From assembly GCA_045047115.1 (NCBI GenBank), contig JASFYR010000010.1, forward strand, positions 32,001 through 96,000: DNA of 64,000 bases. The letters are read 5' to 3'. The notes under the pieces were generated by a model. That model saw only the letters and a program-made list of their open reading frames with translations. It had not been told where the DNA came from and did not search any database. Within the stretch, counting starts at the first letter, position 1, and every line of letters begins with the position of its first letter. This DNA is from Sulfurospirillum sp. (GTDB lineage: Bacteria > Campylobacterota > Campylobacteria > Campylobacterales > Sulfurospirillaceae). A program made the translations under genes and the position numbers. Positions 1-7,678 of the stretch are shown in pieces.

Positions 1-1
1 T

Positions 2-1237
2 AAATCCTTTTATGTAAAAATTTTAAGAGATTATTTTACCATTTCTTATATAATAAAAGGCTTTGTTACTGCTTTTTGTCTCTCTATTTTTATATATCTT
101 GAATATTTCAATATTCATTCAAAAATATTAAATTCTATTTTGGTAATCTTGGGATTTTATCTGCTTCTTAAAATCAATAAACAAGGGCTTTTTTGGAGTG
201 GTTTTTTTATAGGAATATTTTGGTTTTACTGGATAAGTCTTAGTTTCAGATACTACGATTTGGAATATCTCATACCCTTTGTTATACTTATAATTGCTCT
301 GATTTATGGAGTCATATTTGGCATAATAGGACTTTTTAACAACATTCTCATAAGAGCTTTTTTATTTTTTGGACTCAGTTTTTTTTCACCATTTGGGTTC
401 AACTGGTTAAAGTTAGAGTTAAGTCTGATAGATACTTATTTTAGCACTCAAATCTACTCTTATGCTCTTTTTTTGATAGCCATACTTTTTATGATAAAAT
501 TACCAAAATATTACAGACTCTTCTGCATCCCTTTGCTTATTGCCTGTATGTGGCAACAAAAGATGAACACTCAAAAATTACCTCTACATGTAAAGATCAT
601 AAAAAGTGACATAAACCAAAGAGATAAGTGGAATAAGAGATTTGAGAACAGTTTGGTAAAAGAGAATTTTATTCAAATATCAAGTGCAATTAAACAAGGA
701 TATGACCTCATCATATTTCCAGAGAGTGCCTTTCCTCAATACCTGAATCTACATGAGTGTGAGATTGAAACACTGAAAAAACTATCATTTCATATAGATA
801 TAGTAGCAGGTGGATTGACATATCAAAATCATAAAATATACAACTCGTCATATCACTTTTCAAACGGAGTGATGAATATAGCACACAAAGTAACTCTCGT
901 ACCTTTTGGCGAAGAGATACCTCTGCCGTCATTTTTAAACAGATTTATAAACAAGATATTTTTTAACTCGGCAAATGATTATTCAAGAGCTAAAAAACCA
1001 AAAAATTTTACGATAAAAGGCATAAAATTCAGAAGTGCTGTCTGCTTTGAAGCAACAACAGACAGACTCTTTGAAAATGCCCCGAAACAGATGATAGCCA
1101 TCAGCAACAATGCATGGTTTAAGCCCTCGATAGAGCCGACTCTACAACACCTGCTGCTAAAATTTTACGCTAAAAGATATAACATCACCATCTACCACAG
1201 CGCAAATGGTGGCATAAGCGGAGTTATCCGACCATAG
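2..1237 (+). CDS. lnt: Apolipoprotein N-acyltransferase
   Basis: TM-rich N-half plus nitrilase-fold motifs FPESAF, KVTLVPFGE, AVCFE, ISNNAWF, HSANGG. The ORF track starts at TTG 140, but the frame is open from base 2 (KSFYVKILRDYFTISYIIKGFVTAF...), so the true start is uncertain. Confidence 0.93.
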   Translation, partial: KSFYVKILRDYFTISYIIKGFVTAFCLSIFIYLEYFNIHSKILNSILVILGFYLLLKINKQGLFWSGFFIGIFWFYWISLSFRYYDLEYLIPFVILIIALIYGVIFGIIGLFNNILIRAFLFFGLSFFSPFGFNWLKLELSLIDTYFSTQIYSYALFLIAILFMIKLPKYYRLFCIPLLIACMWQQKMNTQKLPLHVKIIKSDINQRDKWNKRFENSLVKENFIQISSAIKQGYDLIIFPESAFPQYLNLHECEIETLKKLSFHIDIVAGGLTYQNHKIYNSSYHFSNGVMNIAHKVTLVPFGEEIPLPSFLNRFINKIFFNSANDYSRAKKPKNFTIKGIKFRSAVCFEATTDRLFENAPKQMIAISNNAWFKPSIEPTLQHLLLKFYAKRYNITIYHSANGGISGVIRP

Positions 1238-1241
1238 GGAA

Positions 1242-1775
1242 TCAGTTCTTATTTTGTGTTTTTCCAAAGAGCTTATCCAAACACTCTTTTTTAAAGCTTA
1301 TCATCGGTACTTTTGAGGCGTACTCTCTATACTCATCGCCAAATTTTTTTCTCACTTCCCACTCTTCAAAAATAATCACCATAAAGATTATAAAAATCAT
1401 CTCAAGTGGAGCTATAATAGAGATAAAAGTAGGCGAGCCGACTATAAGGGCAACACCCAAAGGCAAAAGGGTCAATCCAAAAAGCATAGGATGTCTCATA
1501 CAACTATATATACCCGTTGTCACAAGATGATTTGTCTCCAGTCTTGGTATATCTCCAACTCGCCCTTTTTTCAACTCTCTTCCGCCGTTTGCCGCGGATC
1601 TGAAAGCATAAAGCAAAACGATACAGCCCAATATGAAAGAGATGATATGAAAGATACAGCTATGCCAAACAGGGTCTTCAATATCGGCAAAGATTCCATA
1701 TATAGCACCCCCTAAGAGTAAAAAAATCCACAGTAAAATGCGAATCACTACCGAAAGTGAAGTTTTTATCTTCAT
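1242..1775 (-). CDS. Isoprenylcysteine carboxylmethyltransferase / phospholipid methyltransferase family membrane protein
   Basis: LVTTGIYSCMRHPM motif and EE...KFGDEYREY...VP C-terminus typical of the ICMT/PEMT family. Confidence 0.85.
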   Translation of the reverse strand: MKIKTSLSVVIRILLWIFLLLGGAIYGIFADIEDPVWHSCIFHIISFILGCIVLLYAFRSAANGGRELKKGRVGDIPRLETNHLVTTGIYSCMRHPMLFGLTLLPLGVALIVGSPTFISIIAPLEMIFIIFMVIIFEEWEVRKKFGDEYREYASKVPMISFKKECLDKLFGKTQNKN

Positions 1776-1796
1776 ATCATCCTCTTTATATTAAGA

Positions 1797-3008
1797 CTAT
1801 TTCAAAGCCTCAAAGAGCTCTAGTGCATCTAGCTTTTCCCATGGATAATCACTCTGTCCAACTTGCCCTCTTCCTGCCACATCAGCATACAAAAAAGTCT
1901 CCTTACTGGGCTTGTCCAAGCCAAATCTTTCCGTTATCCATCTTGGAGTCAAATCAAATGTGTTCAAAACAAAATTTGATAAAACATCATCACTCACACT
2001 TGTATGTGTACCAAAAGTATCTACGCTGATTGAAACCGGCTTTGCCACACCGATAGCGTAAGAGAGTTGTACTGAGCATTTTTTAGCCAAACCGCTTGCT
2101 ACTATATGTTTGGCTATCCATCTTCCTGCATAAAGACCACTTCTGTCAACTTTCGTGTAATCCTTACTGCTTTGTGCTCCTCCACCTATCGGAGAGTATC
2201 CGCCAAAACTGTCAACTATCAATTTTCGTCCTGTCAAACCTGAGTCATGCAAGGAACTGTGATTTACATATCTTCCTGTTGGGTTTAGGTGTAGTATTGT
2301 ATTTTCAGGATCATAAAGTCTTGGAGGAAGCCCAGTATCATCTATCAAACCTTTTAAGAGTTCTCTCACTTCTTCTATAGGCATATCTTCAACCGACGGA
2401 GCTGAAACCACAATCGTATGAATCTTTTGAGGCAGACAATTTTCAAAATTCTCTTTAGTTCCATAGTCTATGGTAACTTGAGTTTTTATATCCACTCCCA
2501 GTTTTTGGTTGTGTTGGAGTGCATAATTATATACTTTATCGCAAATCATCCTCGCATAAGTGATGGCTGAGGGCATAAAATCTGCTGTCTCATTTGTAGC
2601 AAAACCAAACATGATACCCTGATCACCTGCTCCTATCTCGCCTGTTTTTTGATCAACCCCTTGAGATATGTCAGCTGATTGCCTGTTTAACAAAACTTGA
2701 ATCTCTACGTCCTCAGGATGCAAACACTGCTTCTTGCTAAAAGCTGATTTTCCATCATATCCTATCTTTATAAGAGCATCTTTTACTATTTTTTTATAAT
2801 CTTTTGTATCTAATGGGGCTGAAGTTTTAACTTCACCGCCTATTATGATATTTTTACCGGCGACAAAAACTTCACTGGCAACTCTTGAATTCGAATCAGC
2901 AATTATCAAAGCATCAACGATGCTGTCAGCTATGATATCCGCACATTTATCCGGGTGACCCGGGCTTACGACTTCACTTGTAAATAAGTATTGGGGTGTA
3001 TTTTCCAT
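1797..3008 (-). CDS. metK: S-adenosylmethionine synthetase
   Basis: FTSEVVSPGHPDK, GAGDQG, GLTGRKLIVD, GGGAQSSKDYTKVDRS motifs. Confidence 0.98.
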   Translation of the reverse strand: MENTPQYLFTSEVVSPGHPDKCADIIADSIVDALIIADSNSRVASEVFVAGKNIIIGGEVKTSAPLDTKDYKKIVKDALIKIGYDGKSAFSKKQCLHPEDVEIQVLLNRQSADISQGVDQKTGEIGAGDQGIMFGFATNETADFMPSAITYARMICDKVYNYALQHNQKLGVDIKTQVTIDYGTKENFENCLPQKIHTIVVSAPSVEDMPIEEVRELLKGLIDDTGLPPRLYDPENTILHLNPTGRYVNHSSLHDSGLTGRKLIVDSFGGYSPIGGGAQSSKDYTKVDRSGLYAGRWIAKHIVASGLAKKCSVQLSYAIGVAKPVSISVDTFGTHTSVSDDVLSNFVLNTFDLTPRWITERFGLDKPSKETFLYADVAGRGQVGQSDYPWEKLDALELFEALK

Positions 3009-3079
3009 TTTTGTTTTCCATTTCTTTGTTTTCCATAAGAGTTAGACTCTTAATTGTTTTCCATCCTTTTGTTTTCCAT
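3001..3079 (-). repeat. Four copies of ATGGAAAACAA upstream of the metK start, which itself reads ATGGAAAAT; central TAAGAGT-tag-ACTCTTA hairpin
   Basis: Minus-strand ATGs at 3079, 3064, 3036, 3021 and 3008; inverted repeat at 3036-3052. Confidence 0.9.
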
Positions 3080-3226
3080 ATTTTAAGAAGATTCATTGTG
3101 AATCAAATATAAGATTAAAAAGTTTGAATTGAGGCTTTTGCCCACCGTTTGCCAAATACAAGATAAAATTATACAACTTTTATATAAATAGATGATAAAT
3201 TTACTATTTTTTGCTAAAATTAGTAT

Positions 3227-3667
3227 ATGAAAGAAAAGTTATACTCCTATTTTTTAGTATCGATGCAGTATTTGCTTGCGTTTATACTTCTCTTTTTAAA
3301 CAGTTCATTTACTTCAAAGATAGTCCCTTTGAGTATATTTGTAGTTGGATTTATCATAGGGATTTATGCAATATACAACAATAAACTTCACAATTTCAAC
3401 ATCATCCCGGAGATAAAAGACGGTGCAGAGTTAGTGACTCATGGTGTCTATGGGTATATAAGACATCCCATGTACTTTTCGGTGGCTCTCATGATGTTTG
3501 GTATCGTCATTTTTGACTTAAACATTATAAATATCACCATATATCTTCTATTGCTTTTGTCACTCTTTCTAAAGGCTAACAAAGAGGAAAAACTTTGGAG
3601 TAAAAAAACACCAAATTACAAGAAGTACAAACAAAAAACAAAGATGATAATTCCACATATATTATAA
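3227..3667 (+). CDS. Isoprenylcysteine carboxylmethyltransferase family membrane protein
   Basis: LVTHGVYGYIRHPMY and EEK...YKKYKQKT...IP motifs; several hydrophobic segments. Confidence 0.85.
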   Translation: MKEKLYSYFLVSMQYLLAFILLFLNSSFTSKIVPLSIFVVGFIIGIYAIYNNKLHNFNIIPEIKDGAELVTHGVYGYIRHPMYFSVALMMFGIVIFDLNIINITIYLLLLLSLFLKANKEEKLWSKKTPNYKKYKQKTKMIIPHIL

Positions 3668-3840
3668 AGGATTTTTATGCAAAATTTTCCACCTAAGTAT
3701 AATATCTAAAATTAAAAAGCACTTTTGCAAAAAACAAAAAAATTGATAAAATCCATTACACAACAAATTCGGTAAAACTTATAAGTGCTTAACCATTCTT
3801 TTAAATCTATTTTGGAAGGTTTGTTTTAGATGTTTTGCTC

Positions 3841-4326
3841 TTAAGTACCTAACCACTGTTTTTGATTTATTTGGTTAGAATTTTGGTGTTTAATAAGGAA
3901 AGAGTTTAACTGATTTGCAAATTTTTGGGCATCTTTTTTATCAAAAGCTGACGGACCTTTTGTCATCTCGCCACTCTCTCTGATAGCTTGCATCAAATCT
4001 CTCATAGCCAAGTATTGTTTGATATTATCTACGCTGTAAAGCTCACCTCTGTGATCTATGGCATGGGCCTTTCTTGTTATCACTCTGTCAGCTAGCGGTA
4101 TGTCGGCAGTGATAACCAAATCTCCCTCATCAAGCATATCGATTATATGATCGTCCGCCTCGTCTGCTCCTGCTTTGACAATTATATAGGTGATATATTT
4201 TGATTTTCCTATGTTTATCTTTTTATTTGAAACAACATAAGTCTCCAGGTCCAATCTCTCTATCGCCTTTAAAACTATGGGTTTTAAAAGATTTGGAAAG
4301 GCATCTCCATCTATAAAAAGTCTCAT
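3841..4326 (-). CDS. YaiI/YqxD (UPF0178) family protein
   Basis: IDGDAFP, ADEADDHI, VITADIPLA motifs. Start placed at ATG 4326, which forms an ATGA overlap with the upstream stop; the ORF track gives 4347. Confidence 0.9.
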   Translation of the reverse strand: MRLFIDGDAFPNLLKPIVLKAIERLDLETYVVSNKKINIGKSKYITYIIVKAGADEADDHIIDMLDEGDLVITADIPLADRVITRKAHAIDHRGELYSVDNIKQYLAMRDLMQAIRESGEMTKGPSAFDKKDAQKFANQLNSFLIKHQNSNQINQKQWLGT

Positions 4327-4547
4327 TTCTCTATGCTTATGCACCAACCGCCATCACCCACAGGCTCTTTTGAGAGTACTTTATGTCCCTCTTTTTCAAC
4401 TGAACCCGGAAGATTTTCTATAGCTGAGCCATCATCTATGAGAAGCTCTAAAATCTCACCTTTTTTCATGCTTGCCAAAACCAGCTTTGTCTTGGCAAAA
4501 TTCACGGGACATTTAATACCTCTAAAATCTTTTTTTATACTACTCAT
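4323..4547 (-). CDS. TusA/SirA family sulfur carrier protein
   Basis: DFRGIKCPVN motif (DxxGxxCP), 74 aa. Confidence 0.9.
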   Translation of the reverse strand: MSSIKKDFRGIKCPVNFAKTKLVLASMKKGEILELLIDDGSAIENLPGSVEKEGHKVLSKEPVGDGGWCISIEK

Positions 4548-5356
4548 ATCTTCACCTCACAACTGTTTTGCTCATAATCACTTAATTTTTTAATGCCATT
4601 TTTTCCGCACACTCTACACTCCGGATTTTTTTGGAATTTTACCTTATCAAAATCCATACCCATCATATCTGCTATAAGAAGTTTGTTTATCAAAAGCTCT
4701 CCATTGCCTGTCAGATACTTTACTGCTTCAGTCGCTTGTATACTACCAAGCACTCCGGCAACCGTACCCAAAACTCCGGCTTGCGAACAAGTTGGTACAC
4801 TGTCTTTTGGTGGTGGAGCATCAAACACACAGGCATAACAGGCCGACTCATGCGGAACAATAGTCATAGTCTGAGCGATAAACCTCAAAATACCACCATG
4901 AGAAAAAGCAATATCGGCCAATACACAAGCGTCATTTATCAAAAATTTTGTAGCAAAATTATCGGCTCCATCTATAACAAAATCATACTTTTTTACGATA
5001 TCCAAAATATTTGAAGCATTTAGAAACTTATCATAAGTAATGACATTTATACCCGGGTTGAGAGCTTTCATCTTCTGCTTAGCAGATTTGGTTTTTGCTA
5101 TGCCTATATCATCAGTGGTGTGAATTATCTGTCTTTGGAGATTGCTCAAATCCACTACATCACCGTCAGCTATCCCTATTGTTCCAACTCCTGCAGCCGC
5201 CAAGTACAAAGCTGCCGGACTTCCCAATCCTCCTGCTCCTACAATCAAAACTTTGGAATTTAAAAGTTTCAACTGACCCTCTATACCGATATCCTTAAGT
5301 ATGATATGCCTGGCATACCTTTCTATCTCTTCATCATTGAAATCTGTTTTTATCAT
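4544..5356 (-). CDS. HesA/MoeB/ThiF family adenylyltransferase
   Basis: ERYARH, GAGGLG, SNLQRQ, CYAC and CRVC Zn ligands, catalytic PTCSQAG; no rhodanese tail. Confidence 0.93.
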   Translation of the reverse strand: MIKTDFNDEEIERYARHIILKDIGIEGQLKLLNSKVLIVGAGGLGSPAALYLAAAGVGTIGIADGDVVDLSNLQRQIIHTTDDIGIAKTKSAKQKMKALNPGINVITYDKFLNASNILDIVKKYDFVIDGADNFATKFLINDACVLADIAFSHGGILRFIAQTMTIVPHESACYACVFDAPPPKDSVPTCSQAGVLGTVAGVLGSIQATEAVKYLTGNGELLINKLLIADMMGMDFDKVKFQKNPECRVCGKNGIKKLSDYEQNSCEVKI

Positions 5357-5476
5357 GATATTTGACCTATTTTATATATTTACTTGGCGAAGTAATAAGG
5401 TTATTTTAACCTAGCTTTTTAAACCTGTCAAATTTTTTCTGTGATATAATATCGATTTTTAAAAAGGGATAACCAT

Positions 5477-6034
5477 ATGAAATTTTTATACTCTAGCCAT
5501 TCACATTTCAATCTTGCAAATTTGATTACTTTTTCAAACATAGCAGCGGGTTTGATAGCAACTTATCTCATATCACAAAATATCTTTTTATGGGCTGCGG
5601 TTTTTGCATGGCTTGGCGGTGCGTTTGACATCATGGATGGCAAAATAGCAAGAAAGCACGATCTCTCTACTGAATTTGGCATACAACTAGACAGCTTTGC
5701 GGACTTTTTAAGTTTTGTTTTGGTGCCTGTATTTTTTATATTTCAAGCTATTTATCTAGCAAATTTAAGTGGTTTTTGGCTTTTTATCGCCGGAATCGCA
5801 AGCATCTACTATGTGATTTCGGGGCTTAGACGATTGATCCAATTCAACATAAACGCTGAAACAGGAAAAGCAGAGAAATTCTTTACCGGAGTTCCAACAC
5901 CACTTGGCGCTATACTTTTATGGGTATTTTACCTGGGAAACCTTGCTGGATTATTCTCTACTTCATCCATTATTATACTGATGATACTAACAGCTTGGAG
6001 CCTAAACTCGAGGATAAAAGTTCCTCACCCATAG
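5477..6034 (+). CDS. CDP-alcohol phosphatidyltransferase (PssA-like)
   Basis: DxxDGxxAR...GxxLDxxxD signature (DIMDGKIAR...GIQLDSFAD) and FTGVPTP. Confidence 0.88.
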   Translation: MKFLYSSHSHFNLANLITFSNIAAGLIATYLISQNIFLWAAVFAWLGGAFDIMDGKIARKHDLSTEFGIQLDSFADFLSFVLVPVFFIFQAIYLANLSGFWLFIAGIASIYYVISGLRRLIQFNINAETGKAEKFFTGVPTPLGAILLWVFYLGNLAGLFSTSSIIILMILTAWSLNSRIKVPHP

Positions 6035-6035
6035 T

Positions 6036-6656
6036 TTATACCAATATCAAGCCAATTCCCATTAGTATAAACAATCCTCCTGAAATTTTATAAAAGATTT
6101 TTAGCTTATTTTCATCAAAAAACCATGGTTTTGCACTTTTGGATATGTAGCCGTAAAACATCAGCGAACAAAATGATATGCTCATAAATGTTGCAGTCAT
6201 TATGAAAAATTGCAGTGTTATGCTTCTGCTCTCTTCCATAAACAAAGGAAATACAGCACTGAAGAAAAGTATCGGTTTTGGGTTTGTAACGGCTACTAAA
6301 AAACCTCTTTTGAAAACTTTCTTGGCACTGTATCTTTTGTGTTTTGACTCTTTTGCAAGGTGCAGACTTGTGTGGTTGTTTCTCATCTGTTTGATTCCTA
6401 GATAGGCTAGATACAAAGCTCCTGTAATCTTTAAAGCTGTATAAAAAACTACTGAGCTTTTCAGTAAAACTCCCACTCCAAACATCGCAATACTTGAGAG
6501 CATAAAGAGTCCTAGTATATTTCCGATTGCAGAGATAAAAACTGCTCTAAGATTGAGGCTTATAGCAGTATTTATCGCCAAAAGTATAGCAGCTCCCGGA
6601 GATGTGATGGTAAAAAATGCTATAAGCATATAGTTTAAATAGTTGTGTAAATCCAT
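6036..6656 (-). CDS. LysE/RhtB family amino acid exporter
   Basis: SPGA, GALYLAYLG, GFLVAVTNPK motifs. Confidence 0.9.
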   Translation of the reverse strand: MDLHNYLNYMLIAFFTITSPGAAILLAINTAISLNLRAVFISAIGNILGLFMLSSIAMFGVGVLLKSSVVFYTALKITGALYLAYLGIKQMRNNHTSLHLAKESKHKRYSAKKVFKRGFLVAVTNPKPILFFSAVFPLFMEESRSITLQFFIMTATFMSISFCSLMFYGYISKSAKPWFFDENKLKIFYKISGGLFILMGIGLILV

Positions 6657-6702
6657 GGCAAAATTATATATCTGTTTTGTTTTTTCGTATAGTAGATTAT
6701 TG

Positions 6703-7443
6703 CTATTTGGTGATTATCTTCGAGGGTGTATGCCCATAAAAATTTTTATATGACTTTATTAGATGAGATTGATCATAAAAACCACACTCTTGGGCGATTT
6801 GAGATAGAGGTATATCTGAACAAAGCATTCTTCTTGCATTGTTTATCTTGATATTTTGTATAAATTTATACGGGGTTAAACCAAAGTGTTGCTTGAAAAT
6901 CCTCAAAAAATGGTACTTAGACAATCCAACAAAAGAAGCTATCTCATCTAAGGCAAGGTTCTTGTTATTTGCATTTTGATATATATACTCTATGGCTTTT
7001 TGCAGTTCAAACTTCTCTGCATGTAGAGCATCTGCATTTTGATTTGAGCCGGAGTAATTTAGCAACATATACTTTACTATATGTTTAACTTCTTCATCTA
7101 TAAAACTTTTTTTTGCATAAAGATTTTGTAAATCCAAAGAGAGTTTGCTATCTTGTATGATAGTTTTAAAATACAATCTATTATCTTTAAAGTCTTTAGA
7201 GATCAAACGGACAAGATATGCACTCAATACGAGATTTATATGTTCCCAACTGCTACTGTATATCTCATGCATTTCATAAGGATTTATGACTCTCACCATG
7301 CCTTTTGAAGCATTGTATCTGAGTCTATTATTTTGAAAATTGCAACTCCCTTTTGTGATAAGAGATATGGAGTAGGTACTATGAAAGTGCTTGTTATAAG
7401 CCCTGTTTTTAAAACTGTTTTTTATCAAAGATATGTTTTGCAT
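6703..7443 (-). CDS. AraC family transcriptional regulator
   Basis: N-terminal cupin (HFH, HEI) and C-terminal double HTH (LSKYHFLRIFK...CGFYDQSH). Confidence 0.93.
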   Translation of the reverse strand: MQNISLIKNSFKNRAYNKHFHSTYSISLITKGSCNFQNNRLRYNASKGMVRVINPYEMHEIYSSSWEHINLVLSAYLVRLISKDFKDNRLYFKTIIQDSKLSLDLQNLYAKKSFIDEEVKHIVKYMLLNYSGSNQNADALHAEKFELQKAIEYIYQNANNKNLALDEIASFVGLSKYHFLRIFKQHFGLTPYKFIQNIKINNARRMLCSDIPLSQIAQECGFYDQSHLIKSYKNFYGHTPSKIITK

Positions 7444-7678
7444 AAAATTATATTGAGTGTTTTACACTGTCCTTTCTGAAAAATACTTTTATCAAAATAA
7501 AGCTAAAGATAAAAGCGTAAATCAACCTTATGGATACCAGTATAGCGTAATTTGCTCCAAAGATCACAAACAGCAAAGTATATCAATATCAGCAAATATA
7601 CACAGAGAAACAACCAGCTTTAAACACTTAAGAAGTTATCTATAAAATCACTATTTATATGTAGAGTTTACCCATTAG

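Noticed and set aside
3001..3079. CRISPR array
   Set aside because: The units are 11 bp with 2-17 nt spacing, far too short, and there are no cas genes.
7444..7678. 62-aa + strand ORF (7457-7645) and a hydrophobic-looking minus-strand stretch
   Set aside because: No RBS or recognisable motif, and the minus-strand frames are broken by stops. It could be a decayed gene fragment but I cannot support that.
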